From Azolla caroliniana (lineage: Eukaryota > Plantae > Polypodiophyta), in NCBI GenBank assembly GCA_043228905.1, contig JBHGNT010000008.1, positions 1,054,001 through 1,118,000 of the forward strand: 64,000 nt of DNA, read 5' to 3'. The notes under the pieces are model-generated. The model was not told the origin of the DNA, made no database searches, and saw nothing but the letters and a program-made list of their open reading frames with translations. Positions 11,104 through 21,783 of the stretch are shown here, one piece after another. A program made the position numbers and the translations under genes. Each line of letters starts with the position of its first letter. Within the stretch, counting starts at the first letter, position 1.

Positions 11104-14100
11104 GCATGGGCCGGTCTTCTCCAGAAAGAGTCTAATTTTGGCGCATACCGGTGGATGCGCGGTTAGGTGGGGGCGGATGTCATGGAGAAAACCGTCCCTA
11201 GGCGGAAACCAGGTATAACGTGCATAAACCGGCCCTTACACGTGGACACAAGTTTTGTTGTATAGTACGTAGATAGGTACAAATCGGCTGAGGTGAAATC
11301 CTAGGTGGCACGCATTCATTAGGGAGAAAATCTATGCATATCCCTGTCCGAAAGGACAGGGAATAAACATGATGTAACGGGTGGCAACGGCCTCCCTCCT
11401 TGGGCTATAAAAGAGAAGGAGAGGTATTGTAAAGGGGATCGCGTTTTTGTGGAGGACGAAGTGCTACCGGACTGAAACCGAGCTCTTCTCCTCTGTCTTC
11501 TCCATAGTCGTTCTGTGCGGGTTTCAGGAGGCCGACTCTACTCCGCGGAACGCCCGAGTGCTTCTGGTAGAGTCTCCATCTCGCGTTTTGTGTGTGTGTG
11601 TGTGTGTGTAGGCATCGGAGACTATCACTCGTCGGCTTGCCGGTTGTAACCCCCGTAATTTATATATACGCATACATTCATTCTGTCTCCATTGTTTGGA
11701 GTTAGTTGCAACTCCTATGAATCTGTGTGTTTGTGCGCGTGCGGAGTACATTGGTAGTTTTCTTCCCCTCTTCTCATTCGGTTATTTCTCGGTCCAAGGC
11801 CCCCGTGGTCCCGCCTCGTTCTCCACGCACGCGCGTAACAACGCGACAATGCAGAAAGAGACGTGGGACCTGGTTGATGCATCGAAGGGTGTAAAGCTGA
11901 TTGGATGTCGATGGGTGTACAAATTCAAGTACAACACTGACGGTTCTGTCAACCGCTAAAAGGCCCGTTTAGTTGCAAAAGGCTACACGCAGAAGCACAA
12001 CGTGGATTACGATGAGACCTTGGCGTCAGTTGCGAAGATGACCACCGTGCGTGTCCTGCTAGCCATAGCAACGGCGAAGGGCTAGCATTTACATCAAATG
12101 GATGTAAAGAACGTGTTCTTGCAAGGCGATCTTGAGGAATAGGTGTACATGGTACAACCCCCTAGATTTCTATCCGAACAGAACACTTTGGCAGTTTGCG
12201 GACTGAAGAAGTCACTTTACGGACTCCAGCAAGCCCTACGAGCTTGGAACGCAAAGATTACGCAAGGGTTGCAGAAGGTGGGGTTTTGACATTGAAGTTT
12301 TACTCTTCATTATTTGTTCGGCAAGGTCAACATGGCTCGCTAAGCCTTCTGTTATATGTTGATGATTTAATCATTACCAGTGCCGACCTGAACGAAATCT
12401 GCCGTGTAAAGTCTCAACTTGCAGCATCATTTGAAATGAAGGATCTTGGAGACCTTCATTACTTCCTCGGGATCCAAATTATCCGTACCCCCGAAGGCAT
12501 ATTGATCAGCCAACGTCATTACGTGTTGAATATGCTTTTCAAGTTCGGAATGGCAAACTGTAAGCCCATCTCGACCCCTCTGGATAGAAACGCAAAGTTT
12601 CACGGAGATTCGGGAAAGGCATGCGACCCAACACGGTTTCGACAGATTGTCGGAAGCGTCATCTATTTGACGATTACTCGGCCGGATCTTAGCTACTCGA
12701 TCAGCATAATCAGTCAATTTATGTCGTAGCCTACGGCCGAACACTTTCAGTGCGCGCAAAGGATATTGCAATATTTAAGCGGCACGAAAGACATGGCGTT
12801 GCTATATCGAGCAGGTGTAGCCGAACAGTTAGTTGGCTACACGTATTCTGATTGGGCCGGAAATGCCCACGATCGTAGATCCACATCTAGATACGCATTC
12901 TCACTGGGAAGTGTGGCGATCGCGTGGAGCAGCAAAAAGCAACCGACAGTGGTAATGTCGAGCACGGAGGCCGAATATCGAGGGGCGACTGTCGCTACAT
13001 GCGAAGTCATTTGGCTAAAACGGCTATTACGGGATCTGCATGTAGAGGTGTTTGATCCGACGATGATCTATTGCGACAACCTCAGAAGTATCCACCCTGT
13101 ATTCCACACCTGGACCAAGCACATTGAGGTGCATTACCATTTTGTCCGCGAGCAGGTCCTTTCAGGTGACGTCGAACTAGCGTATGTTCCGACGGATCGA
13201 CAAGTTGCTGACATTTTCACCAAGCCTCTTGGTCTCGACAAGTTACAACATTTCTCGGGTTACAGCATTTTCACCAAGACTCTTGGTCTCGACAAGTTAC
13301 AGCCTCTTGGGTTGCATCATCTCGACACGCCGAACTTGAGGGGGAGACAAGAACAAGAGAGTGAAAAGAGCGGAGGTGATCATTGCGGCGGAAGTGACCG
13401 TGATGCGGAGTCGGATGTAGAATTCGATTTCGGACCGGCTAAAGAAGCTGAAGAAGAGAGCAAGGGCCGTAATCATAGGGAAGAGCCGAGGACAACCGAA
13501 TCAGGGGCAAGTAAGGCCAAGACTAAGACGTGGTCTAACATTGTCAAAGGCCTAAAAACTAAAGAAGAATTGGAGACAACCAATTTGGATGAAAGGGGAA
13601 TTGAATCAGAAACGTTCGATTCAATCGAAATGTTCGATTCGGTTATTACGAATCGACTGAGGGCCAAGTGGAGAAAAGGGCAACGAAGGACACGCCAACA
13701 CCGTGACAACACGGGAGCTGAGAAGGGCCGAACAAGCTGACAAGCTGACCAGAAGGGTCGAAGCGCGCGGAATCGAGTGGGTCGAGGAGCGCGAGTGAGG
13801 CGTGAAGCCAGAAGGAACTGGAGCGTAGATCCGGAAGAGCGGACGGAACCTCAAGTTGAGCTTGAGGGGAGTGTTGAGTGACTAGCTCAACATTGGGTGC
13901 GTAAAATAGTACGCATAACGTGGCCGTATCGGTGGGTAAACCGAAAGGCCGTTAGTATGGTATTTCTCATAAGGAATAATTTTGGGAGTTAGTGTAGTAG
14001 GCTCATTATTGAGCAGTCAAGTATTGTCAGTACTTGTGTCAGCCCAATAGTCAGGGCTTGTATAAAAGGTGCTCACTGAGCAGGAAGTATGTACAAAGTG

Positions 14101-14216
14101 TCATTATTTTGAAATAGAACTGAGTTGTCTGCATTTTCTGTGTTTTACCAAACTATCATTCTCTGAACTGTGTACTCTGTGTTTTGCATACGCTTCCGCA
14201 CACATATTCTTTTACA

Positions 14217-15043
14217 TGTCTTATATTTTATCATCGTTTGTGCTTCTTGGTTTGTGTGTCTTGTGACAAGGGAGCGTTCCAAGCTTGCCCATGCACCTCT
14301 CCTTTCACGAAGGCATTGAAACTTACATGTCTTATATGTTATTATCATTTGTGCTTATCTATTTGTGTGTCTTGTGACAAGGGAGCGTTTCGGGCTTGCC
14401 CATGCACGTCTCCATTCACAAAGGCATTCAAACTTTCGTGTCTTGCATGTTAGTGTAAATCTTGCTTGTGTGTTTGTGCGACTTGTGGCAAGGGAGCGTT
14501 TGGGCTTGCCCATGCACCTCTCCTTTTAGAAAGGTATTCGAAATTGTATCTCTCGTGTGTAAACCTTGCTTGTGTGTTCACGTGTTTTGTAACAAGGGAG
14601 CGTTCGGGTTTGCCCATGCACCTCTCTTTTCACAAAGGCATTCGAAACTTTGTCTCTCGAGTGTGTAAGTAAGCCTTTTTCTTGTGTGTCCATGTGTAAG
14701 CCCTCGTCACGTGCATTTGTTCGCCTTGTGACTAGGGGTTGATTTGGGCTTGCCCATGCATCTCTCCTTTTCACAAACACGTACGAATACTTGTGCCTTG
14801 TTTCTGTAAACAATCCTTGTGTGTCTGTGTGTAAGCCTTCCTCATGTGCATTCGTTTGCCTTGTGACAAGGGGTTGATTCGGGCTTGCAAATCCACATCT
14901 CCTTTTCACAAACATGTTTGAATACTCGTGCCTTGTTTGTGTAAGCCTTCCTTGTGTTGTACGTGTGAGCCCTATTTCCTTCTCGTTCATAACCCCGGTG
15001 GTTCCGCCTCACGATCCGCACATAGTGACGGATTTTCACAACA
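14217..15043 (+). mobile_element. 3' part of a Phygy-like 5' LTR containing a tandem array, followed by a Trp PBS (15052-15069) and a gag stub
   Basis: U5-like end CCCCGGTGTTCCGCCTC...CACAACA resembles 5440-5487; TGGTGAACTCGACGTGAA follows; then ATG MNEEDFVEMM. Confidence 0.7.
14245..14945. repeat. Tandem array, 6 units of ~104-139 bp
   Basis: Core GACAAGGGAGCGTT..GGGCTTGCCCATGCACCTCTCCTTT recurs at ~14267, 14378, 14489, 14593, 14732, 14867. Confidence 0.9.
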
Positions 15044-15254
15044 TAATTAAGTGGTGAACTCGACGTGAAAGAGCGGTAAGGAAGGATAGAGATGAACGAA
15101 GAAGATTTCGTGGAGATGATGTCGAAGAAGATGGTTGATTTCGTGCAGGGAAGGCGCAACGAAGGAAAAAAAAACTGAGGTTGATAACCTTTGGCCCCAC
15201 CACATCACTTTTCTTTGGCACATACTAGAGGATGTGCGGTTTAGTGGGGGTGGA

Positions 15255-16176
15255 TGTTGTTGTGTAGTGTGTGCAATGTGAGAAAAACCGAGGTTCCACG
15301 CACATCTCATGAAATAATGTATAAATAAATAAATAATAATAATAATAATAATAAGTAACTTGTAGTAGTTTAGTGGTTAAGACTTATAAGTATATGTAGA
15401 GAGGTGTATAGTTTGAGTCTCTCTTCTTACAAATCAAGGAATATTTGGCTCCCCTTCCCTTTTTGTGATAAAGGAAATCAATTTAAATAAAAGAATTTAA
15501 TGTTAAAATAAGCTCCTCTTTCCTCTATAAGAGAGGAGGGCTAGGGCTTATCTGGGGGTCGCCCATTTTGCATTAGGGGTGTACCACTAGGGTTTCATCT
15601 TCTTCTCCTCTTCTTCTTGGGTTAGGGTTTTGTAGCCTCCTTTTCTCGTTATCCCTTTCTCCTTCTTCTTTTCCTTCAAGGGTTAGGGTTTGAGAGCTTC
15701 TTCTTTTCTCCTCAACATAATAGAGGACTTAGGATTTTAGGGTTTGAGAGTTTTGCTTCTAGTATTCTACTTCTTACTCGGGATATTTTAGGGTTTGGAT
15801 TTCTTAAAGAGTGGCTTCTTCGGCATCTCGGTGGTAGTCAACTTGGTGGCTGGTAGTAGCATGAGAACTACTCCGAATCAGGCAACATAGCCGTCGGAAG
15901 TAGTCAGACTCGGAGCCCACTAGACTCACCTTCACCAATTTATTTTAGCCCCTTTGGTTGATTTATAACCGATTATTGTAATAACCTCTGAAATTGTGGT
16001 GTCAAGCTTAACAATTGTAAAAAAATTAAAAACAAAAACCCTAATCTATATCAAAACTTATGCATATGTCCCCATCTCTTTGTCTTCATCTCCCACTTCC
16101 TCACTACTTTTTTCTCCCCAGTCCAAGGCGCCGACGGTTCCGTTCAAGCAACACACGCACACGAAACTTTGCGACA
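15255..16176 (+). mobile_element. 3' LTR of a different Phygy-like element
   Basis: Preceded by the PPT AGTGGGGGTGGA, as at 11166; begins TGTTG and ends ...CACACGAAACTTTGCGACA like the other Phygy U5 ends; TATA near 15526. Confidence 0.7.
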
Positions 16177-16182
16177 CCGCCA

Positions 16183-17003
16183 TGCTGATAAAGAACCTAC
16201 CGATGACCAGACTTAGACTATGTCGACAGAGGATAGGACAGACCAACGCTACCCATAGGAGTGAAGGGGGAGTTTGCTAGGAATATGTCCCTCCTATGCA
16301 AGGAGCCGACTGGTCGGACCGAGAGCCGACAATCGATGACAAGGAGTAGCGTATTGGTCAGGCCAAGGGCCGACAATCGAGGTCATAGTGAGTCTACATA
16401 AAGAGTCAACTACAAATGATCCAAGTCGAAGACAAGGCCACCTAACTTGGGTTGACCGGAGGGTCGATGACAAGGCCGACTACTCGGGCCGACAGGACAA
16501 TCAAATCGACTAGTTGACCAATGGGTTGATTAACTGCTATTATTATTAGTATAATAATAGGAAGATAGTAGTAGTGGTCACATATGTAAATAGCCCATAA
16601 GGTGTATAAGTATAAATACACTTAGGCATAGTGTTAGAGGTAGCATTGTGTGTGTAGAATAGAAAAGTTATGTGTGAGCCTCTGTTGTATAGCACGATAG
16701 AGAAGTTCGAGTGTGTGAATGAGAGGGAACGATGCCATAGCTGAGTAAGCTTAGACGTCAAGGGCCCTGTGTGGTTGTTATACTCTGCGGTAAGAGAGTG
16801 TTGTAATATCGCCATCTTGTATATATTCGTTGTATAGTGAAGATCTATTCTCCCGTAGTATTTTCTCGTTTAGGGTTTCCACGTATAACTATGTACCTTG
16901 TTCTTTTTATTGTTTTTTGTTCCAAGTTGTGTATTAGAGTCTGAATGGAAACTTCTCAACAGAAAGGCGGTGGCCGTGACCATCAGACAGTGCGTCGATG
17001 TTA
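16183..17003 (+). mobile_element. Copia LTR (boundaries approximate) fused by deletion to a gag fragment of family A
   Basis: TATAAATA ~16611; U5 motif CTCCCGTAG..TTTAGGGTTTCCACG shared with the LTR at ~31425; 16930-17003 matches 147-217 (VLESEWK...TIRQCVDV). Confidence 0.6.
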
Positions 17004-18413
17004 GAAGGCTCACCTTTTTCCGGTCATTCCGGTTCTGGATCCTTCTGCATAGTGTGAGCTCTACTGATTCCTTTGTCTGGTCTTGTCAGGTTTGGATTTA
17101 TGCAAATCGGCGTGCATCTTCTAGCACTCGCTTTCTTGGCGATCTTTCTTGTCACAATACCAACATTCCGTATCAGTTTTCGATTCCCAGTTTCCGGCAC
17201 CACCTTGACTCCCCCTGCTTGTGGAGGGTCCGAAACTACTGTCAACAATATCTCTATGCCTAGGATTCTGCTCTTGTCGGCCACCACTGTTGCATGCCGA
17301 CCCATCTCATCCTCCATGCCTACAGGGCCAATCCGCCTCCATTTAAAGCATCCGCTTGTCCGATTGGGTGGTCCTTGACCCACCCACGTGGTTTTCTTCG
17401 ACCATCAGCATCGATTGCAAGTCGAACAAGGACCGTGGATTCTCCAGGGTGCAAATTGCTGTCCAGATAGGCCCATACCTTTGTGCTAAACCATCGAGGA
17501 AGATTTGGACCATTTCGTCTTCGTCCACCGTCACCTTGATGGACCCCAGTGCATCACAAATCTCCTTTATTTTGGTGGTATCGTCAGTAATTGACATATC
17601 CCGTTGTTGGATGTTGTTGAGCTCTTATCGGAGTTGCAACTTCCATGTCGTGGTGCTTGCCATGAAAATCTTCATCAGATTTTCCAAGGCTTCTTTCAGT
17701 GCTTTTGCATCCTTAATGTAGCTGAGCATCTGATCGTGCACACAGGATGCGAGGTAGTATAATACTTTGCTCGCTCCTTACTCCCATGCTAGGAAGTCAT
17801 TGTGTGCCAACCCCGATGCTACTTCATTCGCTCCTTCGACATAACTCCAGTATCCATGTCCGAACAGGTACTGGTGCATCATGTATGACCAAGATGCATA
17901 GTTATTTCTGTCGAGCTTCTCTATCGGCAGCGAGCTAGCCATTCCTTTGTAGATTTCCTTCTTCTGTCTGTTCTTCACCCAAAGTTAGGTTTTTTTCTAT
18001 TTCGAAAGCTCTTGTTGACAGTAGAGGGTGTTCTAACCCTCACGCTCTTATACCATGAGAAGAGTTCCGTGCGGAAGCTCATAGACAAAACCGATTTCAC
18101 CGGATATCAACAGAAGATATGTGAAGGTTTAATGGAAGCTACAAGGATACACTGAGATTACTCAGAAGAGACAGAGAGAGAAGAACAATATAAACTCAAA
18201 TTCAAAAAATTACTCTCTATGTACAATGTGCTTAGTGACATGTACTTCAATGCTCATATCGAGCAACTGACAGTGAGTCCTAAAACTATGCCTACGTACT
18301 AGGCTAGAATCGTAAGCCTCTAACGGCCTTCCGGTTACATTCAGATCCGGACACCAATCCGGCTCTTGGCTTATTCAGTCGATCCAGATCATGTTAAGCT
18401 TGCTCGTTCAACA
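17004..18413 (-). mobile_element. 3'-truncated Copia: 5' LTR 18056-18413, Met PBS 18044-18055, decayed gag to the zinc knuckle
   Basis: TGTTGA...CTCA LTR related to 13872-14216; PBS TGGTATAAGAGC; gag EKLDRNNYASW, UBN2-like KIKEICDAL, CWYC knuckle ~17120-17170. Confidence 0.85.
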
Positions 18414-19601
18414 CATCTTCATATGATGTCGGTTCTTTAACATCTGTGAAGAAGACTCCAGGAGAGTACCTCTCTAGGGGGTTGTGATAGTCTCTCAGAT
18501 CTTCGAGGTATGACTGGATTGGTCACATCGGGTGCCAAAGTCTCGTGTTGCAGAGTTGTTGCAAGAGGTATCAGCTACCTATGATTCATGAAGCCGACCT
18601 CGTGTTATGTGTTGGGCCTTCGTGAAGGGTCGGCACATCTGAAAAAGTTACCCTTCGGACTTCAATTGGTCGTTTGGCCTCTTATGCATAGCGAACTCAT
18701 TGAACACTACGTCTGAACTTTGGAAGATTTGTTTATGCTCGAGGTCCTAGAGTCGGTAACCGATCTCGCCGTCTAGTCCATAACCAAGGAAAATGCATTT
18801 CCTAGACCTTGGTGTAAGTTTGCGGCGGTCTTCTTTCAATATGAGGGGTTATGCCTCGCACCAAAAATTCCTCAACTTGTCATAATTCGGCTTACTGTCA
18901 GTCCATAATTCCTGAGCTATTCAAAGTCCTAGAGGTGTACTCGGCGACATATTGATTGTTGTTGGGGTGGGTGGGTATCTTCTTGTTTTGTCTCGCCTTC
19001 AGGGATGGCGGCATTGTAGCTAGAGAATGATGAACCTCCACTTTCACAGGAGTAGGGCCACCACGTCTCTTCATCTTGCACACTCCATCACTCTGATCCT
19101 TCCTATTGCCTATTATTGCTCTTCTTGCTCTGGTTGTTGGCGCCATTGCCACTGCAGTGCGTCTTGTGATGCATCCTCAGTGTGTAAGGATTCTTGAACG
19201 TTTTTAGATATCCGCCATAGCCACATCTGTACGACCGTCAATTCTCTATAAGGTGTATGGGCACGATCGATTGCTTCTGTATGAGCTTATGAAGGTCTAC
19301 TGGAACGGCAGGATCACCCACATTCAAGAAGGCTTGGAGGGAGTGGAGCGCTAAGGAGTCTAATGGTGTCTTTATCTATCTGATGATTCTTCCACTTCTA
19401 CTCAACAAAAACTGTGTGGTTCTTATCTGAACCTGGGAAAAGTGGTTACAAAGAGAGAAACGGCAATGCATTTCCTTGCCGAGAGAAGAAGACGATAATG
19501 ACGAAAGGAGGAGCCGAGGGAGCTTCTGGAGCGTGATCATGAGTGAGAGGATCTTGTTGTGAAGAAGGGAATGGGCAGATGATGGATTTGAGAATACTAA
19601 C

Positions 19602-20341
19602 TGAAGGGAACTACACGTCTCCTATGCGCAACGCTCGGCCACAACCTAGCTTAGAACCATACACAAAAAATAGGAATGAATGCACGACACAGTGAAGAGA
19701 AGAGTACACAGGATGTTTACGTGGAAAACCCAAACTAGGGAGAAAACCATGGCAGCCCACAGGCTGCAAACTATCACTATATTACACTGTACAATAGTAA
19801 AACACCGAGGCAACAACCTCAAGCTTTCTATCTTCACCACAGGCGGCGGTTACAACAGAGGCAACGACCTCTTCCTCTCTCTCTGTCTCTCTGTACACAG
19901 TTACGTGCTCTGATCTCTCGCTAACAAGAATAACAACAACTCTGCATAAAAGTTTGCCCTAAGTCATATTTATACTAATATGACTTTTGGCTATTTACAA
20001 ATATAGCCACGATGGACTCTCAGAAACATATTTACGAATATGTCTCTTCATCCGGTGAGCACTCCTCACTGGGTCTGCATCATCCGGCTCTCCATAGCCG
20101 GGTACTCCTCATCCGGTTCTTACCGGGTCTGCACCATCCGGCTCTCCGTAGCCGGGTACTCCTCATCCGGTTCTCACCGGGTCTACACCATCCGGCTCTC
20201 CGTAGCCGGGTACTCCTCATCCGGTTCTCACCGAGTCTACACCATCTGCCTCTTCGTAGCCAAGTACTCCTCATCCGGTTTCTCCCTTCCCATCAGCACT
20301 GTTTTTCACCCTTCCCATCCGGAGGGACCTGTCTCCCAACA
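19602..20341 (-). mobile_element. Solo Copia LTR with a 54-bp tandem array in U3
   Basis: TG...CA termini with perfect TSD CTAAC (19597-19601/20342-20346); same family as the LTRs at 30927, 44046 and 45133; ~4 x 54-bp units at 20071-20280. Confidence 0.9.
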
Positions 20342-21708
20342 CTAACTAGGTTTAGGTGCATTGTGGGTGTGATGATCTTGATAGTGAGAAAAGGCCAAAA
20401 TAGTAATTTCTTACCATTAGTGCATAGGTATAAAAAAGTAAATAGAAACGAGGGTTTTGGTGTGCCTCCAAAAAGTTGTGTTTGTATTTTTCTCTTTTTC
20501 TGTGCTATCTTCTGTGTGTGTTGTTCGACATTTCTCTGCAAGTAACAAGAAAACAAGAAAACAACAGCTCGTTTGCCTCCATTGCTTTCGCTCCAACAGT
20601 GGTATCAGAGCCCAGGACTTCGTGAAGACTGTGTGTGCCAGAAAGCATCCAACTTCTCTGTTTTTTCCCCTCTGCGCATGCTATTTTTCCAGGAACTCGA
20701 CCGAGGTAATATCTAGTACATGTTTCTGTATGAGCTTTTTTTTTTCGTGCCAAATTGTTTTTGGGGAAAAATAGACCTTTGGTGAAAGGTAGAAACAAAG
20801 AGGACTCACTATTTCTAGTATACAGAACAGAGGATTTACACATGAAAACTTGCATTTGGTTTTTTCAATGCTTGCTCACTTGATGTGAGATTGTGACATT
20901 GAAGTTACGTCTTAGTTACATTCTTTCTGCCTTGGCTGATATAAGAGTGAGGTGTTGTTCTCAATCGAACACACATACCTACCCTAGAACACGGGGATAG
21001 TTGTACCTGAGACCAAGTAGTGAGTAGTTTCTCAATTATGATTAGGTGCTTAGATTTGGCATTGACTAAGTTTACCTACCACCCAAATGGCCTCTGAAAA
21101 GTCTGAGGTTTCAAGTACCTCACGCGGTGGTTCCTTTAATTCCCATAGAAATCACTCTATGAGTGGAAAAGACCACCTTGAGATCCGTAAATTTGACGGA
21201 TCCAACTTTGCCTTGTGGAAGAATCAGATGAGAGATGTCCTGATTCAAAGAAGGCAATTAAGACCATTAAGTGGTAAAGCCAAGAGACTTGAGGGCATGA
21301 CTCGAACCCATGACCTTATGCTACATGGGTCGAGCTCTTACCATTAGACTATGAATTGTAACTTGTAGGATATTATTTTCATTTATGTTTTGTCATAGAA
21401 AATTGATGTATATTCCAGATCTCTCTGGAACATTGTAGAAGCTTCAGGATTATTCCTAAAAACACTATAAAAGGAGGCACAAGGCATTGTTTTGAACCAA
21501 ATTGGTTCAACACCAGTCTTAAGCCTCTTAGCCAATTTGTACTTATCTTTCATATAATATAAGAACTGCTGTCATCATCCTATCTCTCTCTCTCCTCTTC
21601 TCACTTCCTCTCTCTCGGGAATCTTACGCAGTACCGTCCTCTTAGTACTAATAATACTACTCTTCTTAGTACTAATTCCATCTCTGCTTTAGTACTATTC
21701 CTGACAGT

Positions 21709-21725
21709 TTGAACCAATTTGGTTC
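21709..21725 (+). promoter_or_regulatory. Self-priming (Tf1-type) primer-binding site
   Basis: TTGAACCAATTTGGTTC is the exact reverse complement of 21494-21510, which lies ~28 nt after the TATA box at 21466; no TGG-tRNA PBS is present. Confidence 0.85.
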
Positions 21726-21783
21726 CTCTTTCCTCTAGCCTACTTGTCGTTCTCCGTCATCCTCCTACCCTTTTCCCTCTACT

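Larger units (their letters stand above)
4825..11848 (+). mobile_element. Full-length non-chromovirus Ty3/Gypsy (Phygy-like #1), degenerate; LTRs 4825-5487 and 11178-11848
   Basis: Two similar TGTCAT...GCGACA LTRs; tRNA-Trp PBS; PPT GGTGGGGGCGGA before 11178; 4-bp near-TSD ACGC/ATGC restores the host reading frame; gag, PR, RT (FLDD), RNase H, IN order with no chromodomain. Confidence 0.95.
3786..14216 (+). mobile_element. 5'-truncated Ty1/Copia (element B): integrase-RT-RNase H plus 3' LTR 13872-14216; hosts a Gypsy at 4825-11848
   Basis: EYFSNQF...YTPQQNGVAE integrase; RT continuous across the insertion (EEEMRALT|QKETWDLV); LLYVDDL; RNase H SDWAG, WSSKKQ, KHIEVHYHFVRE; PPT TTGAGGGGAG 13862-13871 then TGTTGA. 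Confidence 0.9.

Noticed and set aside
14245-14945. Regularly spaced repeat cores resembling a CRISPR array
   Set aside because: The intervening sequences are homologous to each other, the periods exceed 100 bp, there are no cas genes and the context is a eukaryotic LTR
20012-20545. ORF with 18-aa repeats
   Set aside because: Translation of a 54-bp U3 tandem repeat that runs across two unrelated LTRs
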